Below, one piece after another: positions 7,024 through 17,310 of a DNA stretch of 38,827 bases; position 1 is the first letter of the stretch, and every line of letters begins with the position of its first letter. The notes beneath the pieces are model-generated. The model was given only the letters and a program-made list of their open reading frames with translations. It had not been told where the DNA came from and made no database searches. The translations under genes were made by a program, and so were the position numbers. The DNA is from Fidelibacterota bacterium (GTDB taxonomy: Bacteria > Fidelibacterota > Marinisomatia > Marinisomatales > TCS55): assembly GCA_046861385.1 (NCBI GenBank), contig JBHHTW010000022.1:1-38827 (forward strand), given 5' to 3'.

Positions 7024-8139
7024 ATGACTTATTATACTTACGATGTCATCGTTCTTGGGGCCGGTATTAATGGATGTGGCATCGCTCGGGAACTCTCGCT
7101 TCGCAGTAAAAAAGTACTGGTTATTGATAAATCTATTATTGGCGGCGGAACATCTTCAAAATCCTCAAGATTGATCCATGGCGGATTGCGATACTTGGAG
7201 TCCTTCCAATTTAACTTAGTCAAAGAATCACTTTTGGATCGAAAAGAATTGACAGAATTATACCCGGACTTGGTTCGATTTCGTCCTTTTTACCTTCCGG
7301 TATATAAATCCAGTCCCAGAAATGCATTAATCATTTGGACGGGTCTTAAGTTATATGATTTTCTATCTGACAAATATACAGATCATCAATCTAAAATCAT
7401 TCCCAGAAAAGAATTTTCACTCCATGCCCCCTGCTTAAAACAAGAGAATCTCCGCGCTGTTTTTAAATATTATGATGCCAAAACCAATGATTTAAAATTA
7501 ACCCGGCAAGTGGCAAAAGATGCAGAAAATCTCGGATGTACTATTGTTGAAAACACAAGCGTTAAACAAATCAAAAATAATCAATCTCATTTTACCATTT
7601 CCTCAAACCATGGGAATTTTCAAGCACCGGTATTGATTAATGCGACGGGTCCCTGGATTGATGAAGTCAACCATCAATACCATTTATCTGCTAAATATCA
7701 AATCAGAAAAATCAGCGGGATACATATAGTGATACACGGTCTTGTGGCAAACGATCTCTTATTTATGCAGACAAAAGGAAAGCGAATTTTTTTCATCATT
7801 CCCGAGCCGGAACTAAATCAAACATTGATCGGAACGACAGAGCGAGAAGAAGTTATTTCACCCGATGACGTTATCGTCAATCCGGAAGATGTAAAATATG
7901 TTTTGAAAAATATTAATGAGTATTTAAACACGGACCATCAAATTCACGCATCCGATATTCGTCACACATTTATTGGCATTCGACCGTTGATTTCCCATAA
8001 AGAAAATCCGACAGATTTATCTCGAGAGTATGAACTAGACCTCCATAAAATAAATGGGACTAAACTACTCCATGTTTTTGGTGGGAAAATGACCACCTTT
8101 TTATCCCTCGCTCGAAAAGCAGCTGATTTGATACGTTAA
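7024..8139 (+). CDS. FAD-dependent glycerol-3-phosphate dehydrogenase-like oxidoreductase (short form)
   Basis: GlpD motifs VLGAGINGCGIA, GTSSKSSRLIHGGLRYL, INATGPW, IGTTE, GIRPL and GGKMTT. The ORF ends soon after GGK.TT. ATG 7024 or TTG 7012. Confidence 0.82.
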   Translation: MTYYTYDVIVLGAGINGCGIARELSLRSKKVLVIDKSIIGGGTSSKSSRLIHGGLRYLESFQFNLVKESLLDRKELTELYPDLVRFRPFYLPVYKSSPRNALIIWTGLKLYDFLSDKYTDHQSKIIPRKEFSLHAPCLKQENLRAVFKYYDAKTNDLKLTRQVAKDAENLGCTIVENTSVKQIKNNQSHFTISSNHGNFQAPVLINATGPWIDEVNHQYHLSAKYQIRKISGIHIVIHGLVANDLLFMQTKGKRIFFIIPEPELNQTLIGTTEREEVISPDDVIVNPEDVKYVLKNINEYLNTDHQIHASDIRHTFIGIRPLISHKENPTDLSREYELDLHKINGTKLLHVFGGKMTTFLSLARKAADLIR

Positions 8140-8210
8140 TATTATTATGCGTATCTTAAAGAAAGTTCTGCATACTAATCATCCAATTAGTCTTTCGCTC
8201 CTGTAGTTTT

Positions 8211-9317
8211 TTATTCATCTCTAATAATATTCACCAAAAATGCTTTGGCATTTGTGGATGAAAATAACCCATATCCATTTTCAATGTTTGACTCCGGCAG
8301 AAGATATTGATTTTGACCCACAGGATCACCCTTGAAATAGTTATAATAAGCATCGTCAGTCGTTTCAACAATGATTAGATGCAGACCGTAATAATTGAAA
8401 AAGAGCCAGCTCATTGAAATGGGCGGCGTGGATGCTTGCCACGTGAATGGATTGATCCGGTATGGGTCGCCATTTTCGTCACGTAAATAATCCTCTTTCC
8501 ATATTTTATAAACAAGCGATGTATCATAAATAAGATTTACAAATGTTGAATCTCTCACTTGGTTCCGGTTAAAATCAGAATATGAGTCCGTTGAAATTGT
8601 GTAGATGCCATCACCATTCAGATCATTGAAAGGTTCTAACCCCCTTTGAGCGGCCTCCAGGGCTAAAGTGGTTATTTTGATGGCTGTGTTTTGGCTTTCT
8701 TCAAAGTCCAGTAAAAAGAGAGGGAATGAAGCAAAGCTTTCTGTATAGCATCCGCCATTTTTATAAACAGCATTTGAAATGGAATGAAAATCAATAAGAT
8801 TGATCAAAGTATCGGGTTGATCCAAAAAATGAATCCATTCGAATTCGAAATTATCAACATTTACAGATGGAACGACCAATTCTTTATTATCACAAACGTA
8901 TGATTGATTTACCGGACTAAAAAAATCCATACCGTCCGGGATGGTTGTTTCAGCCGTCACTTCATAGGAACCATAGTTGGCGCTCAAAATATATGTCTTA
9001 CCTGGAAGGAAGATTACAGAATCGGGAGTCAGATAACGACCAATTCGCCCTGGGACGGGATCAGCAATATATTCGACTCCAGTACTTTTTTCTGTAATGG
9101 TTACAGCTGCATTTTCAATGTATAAATCATTCATATCGACTTGGGCTTCGATATCTGACGATATGGATACATAACAGGTATCCCCCACTCGTCCCATGGG
9201 AAGATTCGCTCCCAAATTACAAAAAACCACCAATTTATCTTCATAAGCAGCAACATTTTTATCAAAACTGCAGGATAAAACTAAGAGAGAAAATGATATG
9301 ATAATAAAATGTCTCAT
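8211..9317 (-). CDS. DUF4249-like lipoprotein, partner of the TonB-dependent receptor
   Basis: Lipobox LVLS-C, the pattern ENAAVTI…PGKTYIL…AETTIP, and C-terminal SNIENGYGLFS. Lies 1 nt downstream of the TBDR gene. Confidence 0.75.
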   Translation of the reverse strand: MRHFIIISFSLLVLSCSFDKNVAAYEDKLVVFCNLGANLPMGRVGDTCYVSISSDIEAQVDMNDLYIENAAVTITEKSTGVEYIADPVPGRIGRYLTPDSVIFLPGKTYILSANYGSYEVTAETTIPDGMDFFSPVNQSYVCDNKELVVPSVNVDNFEFEWIHFLDQPDTLINLIDFHSISNAVYKNGGCYTESFASFPLFLLDFEESQNTAIKITTLALEAAQRGLEPFNDLNGDGIYTISTDSYSDFNRNQVRDSTFVNLIYDTSLVYKIWKEDYLRDENGDPYRINPFTWQASTPPISMSWLFFNYYGLHLIIVETTDDAYYNYFKGDPVGQNQYLLPESNIENGYGLFSSTNAKAFLVNIIRDE

Positions 9318-9318
9318 C

Positions 9319-11682
9319 TTAAAAACTTATGTTAATTCCAATTGATGGAATGATTGGAAAAACGGATATATCACTCCGGGTAACTTTTCCTTCATCCGGT
9401 TCGTCTACGTTAGGTTCTCCCGGGTCCGGATATCCATTGCCATTGGTATCATGTTTATCTTTTTCCCAGTCTGCATCATCATCTAATCCATTATAAATAT
9501 TGCCCACAGTATAAAAGTATCGAAAAATATTATCTCTGTTATAACTATTGATTACCTGAAGATAGAGGTCCAAGTTCATTTTTTTGAGTTTGAAATGCCT
9601 AACAGCGCCCAAATCCAGCCGATGATAATCAGGATATCGTCCGGAGTTCCTTGAACCGGGGATTGTACTGAATCCACCGACTGTATTATCAAATGTATAA
9701 TCCAGATTTTCAATATAATATCCCAAAATAGGTGTAAACGCCTGACCTGATTGATAAGACCACTGCCAATTCAATTCCCATTTTTTATTTATATGGTAAC
9801 TGCCAATAATCGTGAAGGCATGGCGACGATCCCAATTTGTAAAATACTCTTTCCCGCCCATCAATTTCCTGGAGATGGAATATGTGTAGGATACCCAGCC
9901 ATTTAAACGACCAGCCAATTTTTGAGCGAAAACTTCAAAACCATAAGCATAACCATTGGCTTCATCAAACATATCAGTCAGTTTTTCATCGGAAATAATT
10001 TCATCAGAAGATGCTCGGGTATCGACAAATGTGAGCATATTTTTTAAATCTTTATAATAGGTTTCAATCTGAAGTTTATATTTTTCACCAAAATATTCTT
10101 CATATCCCAGCACCACCTGTATGGACTTTCCCGGATCAACCGATTCATCTATAGCCATCCAAAAATCAAGCAGGGTCGGATTATAATCATCCTGTACCGT
10201 CATGATAAATTGATGATAATTCCCTAATGCAAAATTAATATAGCGGTTTTTAGTCAAAAGGTATTTTAATCCCAGGCGCAAATCGGGGAAAAATTTATCC
10301 GGATGGGCGTTATAACTATTCATCCGAAAGCCCGGTTCAATAATAAACCGCTTTCTCGGGATCCATTTTAATTTCACATAAGCAGCTGTCTCTACAGGCG
10401 ATTTTTTAATCACAAAAATGGAAGAATCAGCAAAAGCATTGTCATAATTAAATCCTAATTCTTTCCAATGACCGCCAAATTTCCAGGTCATTTTATCATT
10501 CTGGAAATAGGTAAGGTTGGCAGAAGCAGTCAAATCGTGGATGGTGTTATCCTGGATAATTCCCGACTCACCCCCGAGATTAAAAAACGTGAAAAATCGA
10601 CTGCTTGCTAATAAAAAGTTCCCAACGAGCAGGTCATTGAATATTCGTCTGTATGAACTACTGATTGTTTCATTTCCCCAATAGGTATCCATCCCCAAAT
10701 CATCGAATACAAATACATCTTTCCCATTGTAAAAACTGATACTGACCCTATCTTTAGAGGTTATATCGGTAAAAACATGACCTTGGAGATCGTAAAAATA
10801 ATATGGAGGTACATTAAAATCTGTTTGCTCAAGAACTTTATCGAAATAGGTTCTCCGGCCGGATACTAACCACGCGCCATTCGGGATAGGCCCTTCCAGT
10901 GTGGTTTGGGCTGATAAGATAGAAATATTCATTTTTGCATCAAATTTTTTACTGTTTCCCTCCCGGCTTGTAACATTTAAAACAGCAGATAGTCGTCCCC
11001 CGTATTCAGCATTATATCCACCCTTAATTAATTCCGCATCTTTTATCGCATCAACAATAAAATTCGAGAATACACCTCCAAGATGAGATGGATTATATAC
11101 CGTTATACCATCCAGCAGAATCAGATTTTGATCCGTATTTCCACCGCGAATAATTAGTCCAGTGCTGAATTCCGAAGGAGTTAAAACACCGGGTAAAGCT
11201 TGAATAGTACGAAAAATGTCCGGTTCCAAAACAGAAGGAATTGATCGAATTTGTCGCGTTGATAAATTCACTCGACTTGGCTGAATATTGAATTGACGGG
11301 CGATTTTTTCCGCTGATACGTCTACTTCAGCCAATGTCAATACTTCCGGGTTTAGGCTGATATTTATTCTTTGAATTCGGTCAGCGGTAAAGTGAATTTT
11401 ATTCTTATACTGAACATATCCCAAAAAGGAGACTATTAACGTCAGGGAATCAGCCTCGATATTATCAATGACATAATAACCGTTTCGATCGGTGGCCATT
11501 CCCCGACCTGTTTCCTGAAAAAAAACATTCGCACCGATCAATGTTTCACCTGTCTTGCCATCGGTGATGATACCGGTCAACCGGGAAGTTTGAGCAATGA
11601 CAGTTGAATTATGATAAAAGAATAGAAAAAAGAGTGAAAGCTTAATTGCTTTCAGAAAAAATACGTAAAATTTCCTCTGCAT
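9319..11682 (-). CDS. TonB-dependent receptor with N-terminal carboxypeptidase-regulatory-like domain
   Basis: Signal peptide, N-domain GIITDGKTGETLIGANV, plug motifs LPGV…IRGGNTDQNLILLDG…YGGRLSAVL, beta-barrel pattern and C-terminal Phe (IGINISF). Confidence 0.92.
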   Translation of the reverse strand: MQRKFYVFFLKAIKLSLFFLFFYHNSTVIAQTSRLTGIITDGKTGETLIGANVFFQETGRGMATDRNGYYVIDNIEADSLTLIVSFLGYVQYKNKIHFTADRIQRINISLNPEVLTLAEVDVSAEKIARQFNIQPSRVNLSTRQIRSIPSVLEPDIFRTIQALPGVLTPSEFSTGLIIRGGNTDQNLILLDGITVYNPSHLGGVFSNFIVDAIKDAELIKGGYNAEYGGRLSAVLNVTSREGNSKKFDAKMNISILSAQTTLEGPIPNGAWLVSGRRTYFDKVLEQTDFNVPPYYFYDLQGHVFTDITSKDRVSISFYNGKDVFVFDDLGMDTYWGNETISSSYRRIFNDLLVGNFLLASSRFFTFFNLGGESGIIQDNTIHDLTASANLTYFQNDKMTWKFGGHWKELGFNYDNAFADSSIFVIKKSPVETAAYVKLKWIPRKRFIIEPGFRMNSYNAHPDKFFPDLRLGLKYLLTKNRYINFALGNYHQFIMTVQDDYNPTLLDFWMAIDESVDPGKSIQVVLGYEEYFGEKYKLQIETYYKDLKNMLTFVDTRASSDEIISDEKLTDMFDEANGYAYGFEVFAQKLAGRLNGWVSYTYSISRKLMGGKEYFTNWDRRHAFTIIGSYHINKKWELNWQWSYQSGQAFTPILGYYIENLDYTFDNTVGGFSTIPGSRNSGRYPDYHRLDLGAVRHFKLKKMNLDLYLQVINSYNRDNIFRYFYTVGNIYNGLDDDADWEKDKHDTNGNGYPDPGEPNVDEPDEGKVTRSDISVFPIIPSIGINISF

Positions 11683-12145
11683 GGTTGATTACATTTACCT
11701 GATTGTAGATTTTTACAAGCATTCCACTTTCATCAATTAAATATGTTTTTCTGCTTGGAAAAAACATGCCGTCAGCTCCATATGTTTTAGACACTGATTT
11801 GTCACTATCTGTTAGTAAGTGGAAGGGGAGTTTATGCTTGGTAATAAATTTTTGATGACTTTTGGCATTATCGTAACTAATCCCAAATACCACAATTTTG
11901 TTTTCCTGGAAAGAGCTGTAAGAATCCCTGATACCACAGGCCTCTTTTGTACATCCTGGTGTCTCATCTTTTGGATAAAAATATACCATAACTTTTTGCC
12001 CTTGATATTGGGAGAGTGTGTGTATCTGTCCATTTTCATCGGCCAATGAAAAGTCAGGTGCCACGTCTCCAATTTTCAATGGTATCGTCCGACTCCATAG
12101 GAGACCCATTATCATTATAGTTATGGATAAAACCTTTAACATCAT
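11642..12145 (-). CDS. bcp: Peroxiredoxin of the BCP/PrxQ family with N-terminal signal-like segment
   Basis: GDVAPDF and FYPKDETPGCTKEAC (PxxxTxxC with resolving Cys five residues later), plus RKTYLID. Confidence 0.9.
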   Translation of the reverse strand: MMLKVLSITIMIMGLLWSRTIPLKIGDVAPDFSLADENGQIHTLSQYQGQKVMVYFYPKDETPGCTKEACGIRDSYSSFQENKIVVFGISYDNAKSHQKFITKHKLPFHLLTDSDKSVSKTYGADGMFFPSRKTYLIDESGMLVKIYNQVNVINHAEEILRIFSESN

Positions 12146-12209
12146 TTTACACTTGCGATAATTTAGCCATAGAAAACTTTATTTCATTCATTTAATAACG
12201 GCATCATTT

Positions 12210-13382
12210 TCAAAATGTTTCGATAACAACATGTTCCAGGGCAGATTCAAGCAGAAGTGGTATATCTAGTTTTTCTTCCTGAATCAATACTTCTTTCAGC
12301 TTTGCTTTTGTTGCAGGATGCTTTGGTGTAAATAACGAACAACAATCTTGGTCAGGTAAAATGGAAATGTCGTAAGTATTTATTTCCCGTGCTTTTTCAA
12401 TAATCTCTAGTTTATCAAATCCGATCAAAGGTCTTAGAACGGGCATTGTTATTGCTTCCTCAATGACGCCCATGTTTTCCAACGTTTGAGATGCAACCTG
12501 TCCCAGGGAGTCACCGGTAATCAACGCACTTGCTTTTACTATATGAGCAATCGCTTCTGCGATACGAACCATAAACCGCCTGTATAAAATCACTCGATAC
12601 TTCGCTTCTGTTTCAGTCATAATCTCTTTTTGAATCGGCGCAAGCTCAACTAAATATAATTTCGACCTTTGCTGAAACGACTGCAATATTTCAATCATTT
12701 CTCTCACTTTTTCAATTGATGCCTGGTTTGTGTAGGGAACCGAGTGGAAATGCACGAAAATATTCGCTGCCCCTCGTTTCATAGCGTAATACGATGCAAC
12801 GGGAGAATCAATCCCGCCGGATAAGAGTGAGACGACTTTTCCACTGACACCAACCGGTAATCCACCCTGTCCACGAATTTTTTCAGTATAAATGAACGCC
12901 ATACCATCTACAATATCAATAAAACAAGTTCTGTCCGGTTTTCCCAGGTTAACTGTTTTACCGGTGGCTTCTAAGATAGCTCCACCAATTTCCTCATTCA
13001 TTTTTTGTGAACTGACAGGAAAATTTTTATCTGTTCTTCTCGATGTGACACGAAAGGACTCATAGTTGCCGGAACCCATTGTTTCCACAGCCAACCTGAT
13101 AATAGGTTCCATTTTCTGCTTCGTTTGAAAAGCTGGAGCAAAATACACTAATCCGCAGACATTTTTTAATACGGTCTCGATAGATGAGATTTCATTTTGT
13201 CCTTTCTCGTTCAGTCGAATGATTATTCGCCCGTACAATCGGGAAATAGACGAGAAAGAATCCGGGACGAATCGCTTCAGGGATTCCCGAAGATTCTCCT
13301 GAAGTTTTTTCTCAAAATAACCGCGGTTTTTACCTTTGAGTCCAATTTCTCCGTAATGACAAAGTATAATGTCTGGTTTCAT
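12210..13382 (-). CDS. thiI: tRNA 4-thiouridine synthase ThiI (short form, no rhodanese domain)
   Basis: YGEIGLKGKNR, THUMP domain, PP-loop LLSGGIDSPVA, TGDSLGQVASQTLEN, RPLIGFDK and DCCS. Confidence 0.96.
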   Translation of the reverse strand: MKPDIILCHYGEIGLKGKNRGYFEKKLQENLRESLKRFVPDSFSSISRLYGRIIIRLNEKGQNEISSIETVLKNVCGLVYFAPAFQTKQKMEPIIRLAVETMGSGNYESFRVTSRRTDKNFPVSSQKMNEEIGGAILEATGKTVNLGKPDRTCFIDIVDGMAFIYTEKIRGQGGLPVGVSGKVVSLLSGGIDSPVASYYAMKRGAANIFVHFHSVPYTNQASIEKVREMIEILQSFQQRSKLYLVELAPIQKEIMTETEAKYRVILYRRFMVRIAEAIAHIVKASALITGDSLGQVASQTLENMGVIEEAITMPVLRPLIGFDKLEIIEKAREINTYDISILPDQDCCSLFTPKHPATKAKLKEVLIQEEKLDIPLLLESALEHVVIETF

Positions 13383-13504
13383 ATGAGAAACTTACGTATT
13401 CATGATTGAGATTTAAGTACCTAAAATAGGGTATCATTCCACGTTTTTCCCTCTTTTTGGAATACCAGCCTGCCGGACGAACAGGTATTGACCATATCAA
13501 TGCA

Positions 13505-13525
13505 TCCATCAACAATGTTGATGGA
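13505..13525. repeat. Perfect 10-1-10 inverted repeat between the CBM9/DUF5916 gene and thiI (terminator or operator)
   Basis: tccatcaaca-a-tgttgatgga, 17 nt past the stop at 13543. No clear U-tract follows. Confidence 0.5.
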
Positions 13526-13542
13526 ATCTATAATAATTACAT

Positions 13543-15861
13543 TTATAGAGAGCTTTGAAAAAGGTATTGAAACTTTAAAAAGATTTGTCTGTTATTTTGA
13601 ATCAGATCCAATGATTGATATCCATGGGGACCTTCATCGTAAATATGATCTGATCCGAGATAAAAAATTGTAAATGGATTGGGCTGGTACGTAATTAAAG
13701 GCTGGAGATTGAAGGATTTAACTATGTCGCCAAATACAAAATCTTTTTGATAAAAATGTTCACCAATCATCCGAACAGAAAAATACCGGTTGAATTGGTA
13801 ACTAAATTTAATGTACCAACGATTTCCTTTATAATAATGGTCAGGATTATCCAGATACGTGGCAACATTACCCGAATAAGATAATCGGGTTCCAATTTGA
13901 TCCGTCCATTTGATACGAGTAAAAGCCCCCCAGGAATTGACAAAACCAATTTCCGGAATGTCCAAATAACGGATAATGGCACGGTTGACTGATCCATTGA
14001 ACCCAAAGGAATATCTCTCGCTGAAGCGGGTATGAATACGAAATGAAAATTGATAAATACCGTTGAATAGGCTGTCCTGGTATACTTCGTTACTGGGGGA
14101 AAAATTAAGGTTTATGTTGGTTTGTCCGGCAAATTGCCCCCCGACAGCCATAAATACCCAGTTTCCTCTCATATCCCAGTTATAGTACCAATCCCGGCCA
14201 GCGGCAAAAATGAAATGCATGTTCTGGACCCAAAAATTATTTGGATAAATATTATGCATAATATTACCGTTTAATTGACGGATATGATTCCGTTGAATAA
14301 ACCCGTTATCCAACCGAAACGTGGGTGTCCTTTCTGAGTACAGGGTAGAATATCCCCAATTTCTCCCGCTGCGATCCAACATAATAAATAATTGATGGCC
14401 TTGGAACGTTTCGCCATCAAAATCAGATGTCAGAGATGGATCACCAAACTTCATTCCGTTAATGCCCGCATCACTTGAAACAATTGTATCTTTGGGTTCA
14501 ATGGTTCCACTGGCAAAAGCCTGCCATGTAAGTGAAAGATTATTATTAATGTAATATTGACCGTCAAATCCGACCAGAGTTCCTCTACCATCCTGATAAA
14601 CTTTATCGCTTAGTACGCCGCCAACATAAGAGCTATTATTCATGGTATATTTGAGGCGGGCGATATTGACAACGCTTTTTCCAACATCAGCCAGGGCACT
14701 CCAATCCTTAAATGGAATAATAATACCTGTATTTTCATCCATTGCACTAATGATTCCATAATCTATTCCCCATGCCCGTCCCAATAATTTTGCTGCATAT
14801 TTTGGATCATTAATTGTACGAGTATAGATCGCTCTGATGCTAGGCATCCAACCATTTCCTCCGGTGCGAAAAAGATCACTGCCTTCATTAAAAAACGGTC
14901 TTTTTTCCGGGAAGTACAATGCGAAAGGAGAATTGACATCAAATTGAGAAACATCTGCTTCCACCTGACTAAAATCCGGATTTACGGTTAATTCTAAGGT
15001 AGTGGCTGAACCGATCGGTAATTTTAACCCAATGGCTATATCAGAATTAACATTTTCATTGATAAACTGTTGGTTCTCTTTTAAAGTGCCGGTCTGGGTT
15101 CCGACGATGCTCGGCAACCACTCAATACTTCTTTTGGATTTAATTCCTTCAATACCGGTCAAATAACCCAGCTGACACAGCTGGCATGGATTATTTCTAT
15201 CTATTTTTGTCCAGGAAAATTGTCTCCGGGTATCCGATCTGGGTAAGGTCCTGAATGCAGTGAATCGCCAGGCATGATTTTCTTTTTCAGGGAAACGTAA
15301 ACTGCTGAAAGGAATGGCCATTTCAACTACATAACCATCCTCTGCAATCCTGCCGGTTGAATGAAAGATAATATCATATGATTTATCTTCATTATTTCCA
15401 ACTTTGATTCCGTCAGCTTGAATTCCCAACGGATTAACAAAGCATATAACAGCGGATGTTGCTTCGCCATAAGTATCAATCATGATACCGACAAAATCAT
15501 CCTGCCATATTTTATCTCTAGGCGAAATGGTTGCCCTGATATCGTCAGGGTCATCATAGGCATAAAATGCAATATATAATTGTTTATCATCATACATGGT
15601 TCTGACTTCTGTTAGTACGGAAGGTGAAATATTCTCTCCCGGCATCACTTCATAAAACACATCTGAACTAGCTGCATCTGTCCAAACCGGTTCATCTAAT
15701 ATTCCGTCTATGTTAACAGGCGAATTTATTTTGGATATATGCAGCACAGGAGCGTCGTCATTCGTTTCTTTATCTCCGGATAACAGCATTGTAGATCCAA
15801 TAATAAAAATTAAAATTACCCTAATAATCATTCTAATACAGGTTAAGGTTGATAACTCCAC
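13543..15861 (-). CDS. CBM9-like sugar-binding domain + DUF5916 outer-membrane protein
   Basis: IDGILDEPVW, YDDKQLYIAF…D, GYVVEMAIPFSSLRF (CBM9/DOMON-like), TVNPDFSQVEAD…FPEKRPFF (DUF5916) and a barrel-like terminus FLKFQYLF. The start may be ATG 15831. Confidence 0.82.
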   Translation of the reverse strand: MELSTLTCIRMIIRVILIFIIGSTMLLSGDKETNDDAPVLHISKINSPVNIDGILDEPVWTDAASSDVFYEVMPGENISPSVLTEVRTMYDDKQLYIAFYAYDDPDDIRATISPRDKIWQDDFVGIMIDTYGEATSAVICFVNPLGIQADGIKVGNNEDKSYDIIFHSTGRIAEDGYVVEMAIPFSSLRFPEKENHAWRFTAFRTLPRSDTRRQFSWTKIDRNNPCQLCQLGYLTGIEGIKSKRSIEWLPSIVGTQTGTLKENQQFINENVNSDIAIGLKLPIGSATTLELTVNPDFSQVEADVSQFDVNSPFALYFPEKRPFFNEGSDLFRTGGNGWMPSIRAIYTRTINDPKYAAKLLGRAWGIDYGIISAMDENTGIIIPFKDWSALADVGKSVVNIARLKYTMNNSSYVGGVLSDKVYQDGRGTLVGFDGQYYINNNLSLTWQAFASGTIEPKDTIVSSDAGINGMKFGDPSLTSDFDGETFQGHQLFIMLDRSGRNWGYSTLYSERTPTFRLDNGFIQRNHIRQLNGNIMHNIYPNNFWVQNMHFIFAAGRDWYYNWDMRGNWVFMAVGGQFAGQTNINLNFSPSNEVYQDSLFNGIYQFSFRIHTRFSERYSFGFNGSVNRAIIRYLDIPEIGFVNSWGAFTRIKWTDQIGTRLSYSGNVATYLDNPDHYYKGNRWYIKFSYQFNRYFSVRMIGEHFYQKDFVFGDIVKSFNLQPLITYQPNPFTIFYLGSDHIYDEGPHGYQSLDLIQNNRQIFLKFQYLFQSSL

Positions 15862-15941
15862 TATATTACTCTGTCTTACTGACTCTAAGTCTTTATTGTT
15901 AGTTGTTTGGGGTAAGCAATTCTGAGGAAGATTAATTGGGG

Positions 15942-16751
15942 TTAAGTATGATGTATTTCTCTTCCAATAAACTCGTCCATAGAATTATTAATTCCAAGGA
16001 AATCCAAAATAGTATCCTGAAATGAAACGGGGAGCAGCCTGAGAGGGAAAATGGAATAAACAAACCGAGGCATAATTAGCCTGGCCTTACCTTTTGCAAC
16101 TGCTTTAATGATCCGTTTAACAACGTCACCTTCCTTTAGAATCGGGAGAATAAAGCTAAATCGGGTTTTGGTTCCGGCAAACATTCCCGTATCCACAAAA
16201 AACGGACAAACGACCGTGGTTTTAACATCACTTCCATTCTTTTTTAATTCCAGCCGCAGGGATTCATCGAAACCAATGGCTGCAAATTTACTACTGCAAT
16301 AGTCGGTTAATTTTGGCGTGGCGGCTAACCCTCCGGATGAAGCGATGGTCACAATATGTCCTGAATTTCTTTCCAACATCCCGGGTAAGAAACATTTTAC
16401 CAGCCAGAAATGCGCTAAAATATTCACCTGGAATGTTTTTTCGATCATCGCATCCGAAGCATCCAATAAATTTTTTCCCGTCACAATTCCAGCATTATTA
16501 ATCAGGATGTCGACGGAATTAATTTGGGAAGCTGTATCATAAATATCTTGTTTATTGGATAAATCGCACAGATATGTTTTAACTGCAATACCCTTTTCAA
16601 CCAGTTCATTCTTAACCGATTCGAGACCATTTTCATCTATGTCCAGCAATATCATTTTCCCTCCCAGGTTTCCCATTTGGGTGGCCATCAACCTACCCAT
16701 TCCACTGGCTGCTCCGGTAATAAGAATTTTCTTACTTTTGTAATAGTTCAT
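15942..16751 (-). CDS. Short-chain dehydrogenase/reductase (retinol dehydrogenase/17beta-HSD11-like)
   Basis: TGAASGMG, NNAG, catalytic YCSSK, and VCPFFVDTGMF. Confidence 0.92.
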   Translation of the reverse strand: MNYYKSKKILITGAASGMGRLMATQMGNLGGKMILLDIDENGLESVKNELVEKGIAVKTYLCDLSNKQDIYDTASQINSVDILINNAGIVTGKNLLDASDAMIEKTFQVNILAHFWLVKCFLPGMLERNSGHIVTIASSGGLAATPKLTDYCSSKFAAIGFDESLRLELKKNGSDVKTTVVCPFFVDTGMFAGTKTRFSFILPILKEGDVVKRIIKAVAKGKARLIMPRFVYSIFPLRLLPVSFQDTILDFLGINNSMDEFIGREIHHT

Positions 16752-17218
16752 TATTCTTTTTCGAAATCAAGAGAGATTGAATTAACACAGTAACGTTTTC
16801 CGGTTGGGTTAGGTCCGTCATCAAATACATGCCCCAAATGTGAACCGCAATTAGCACACTGGATTTCAGTTCGTTTCATCCCCATACTGTTGTCTTCTAT
16901 ATATTTGATTTTCCCATCACCAATGGTTTCATAAAAACTGGGCCAACCGCTGCCGGAATTATATTTGGTTTTTGAACTGAATAATTCATTTCCACATGCA
17001 GCACAAATATATATTCCGTTTTCAGTATAAGAATAATATTTACCTGTGAATGGTCTTTCAGTTCCTTTTCGACGAAGAACAGAATATTCTTCTGGTGTCA
17101 GGCATGTTTGCCAATCCTGCTCGGATTTTATTCCTTTTTTTATCATTTGTGTCTCCCTTGAATTGGGTTGAGCTAAAATGAAAATGGGTAGAATTGATAG
17201 TATGAGAATGTACTTCAT
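16751..17218 (-). CDS. msrB: Peptide-methionine (R)-S-oxide reductase with signal peptide
   Basis: GTERPF, Zn motifs CAAC and [19 protein letters not shown] and catalytic RYCVNS. N-terminus [16 protein letters not shown]. Confidence 0.95.
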   Translation of the reverse strand: MKYILILSILPIFILAQPNSRETQMIKKGIKSEQDWQTCLTPEEYSVLRRKGTERPFTGKYYSYTENGIYICAACGNELFSSKTKYNSGSGWPSFYETIGDGKIKYIEDNSMGMKRTEIQCANCGSHLGHVFDDGPNPTGKRYCVNSISLDFEKE

Positions 17219-17310
17219 ATATATTCCTTACTTGAATATGCTTAATCAAAAAGAAGATTTCAACTATTGAATTTCTCTTTATACATTCCAAGGTTATAGG
17301 AAAGTTCCCA

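Noticed and set aside
13383-13542. TPP riboswitch upstream of thiI
   Set aside because: The conserved CUGAGA and ACCUGA…GGGA elements are not seen. This short ThiI is most likely a tRNA-modifying enzyme.
11642-17218. Selenocysteine (TGA) recoding in BCP or MsrB
   Set aside because: Both have ordinary Cys codons at their catalytic positions and complete ORFs.
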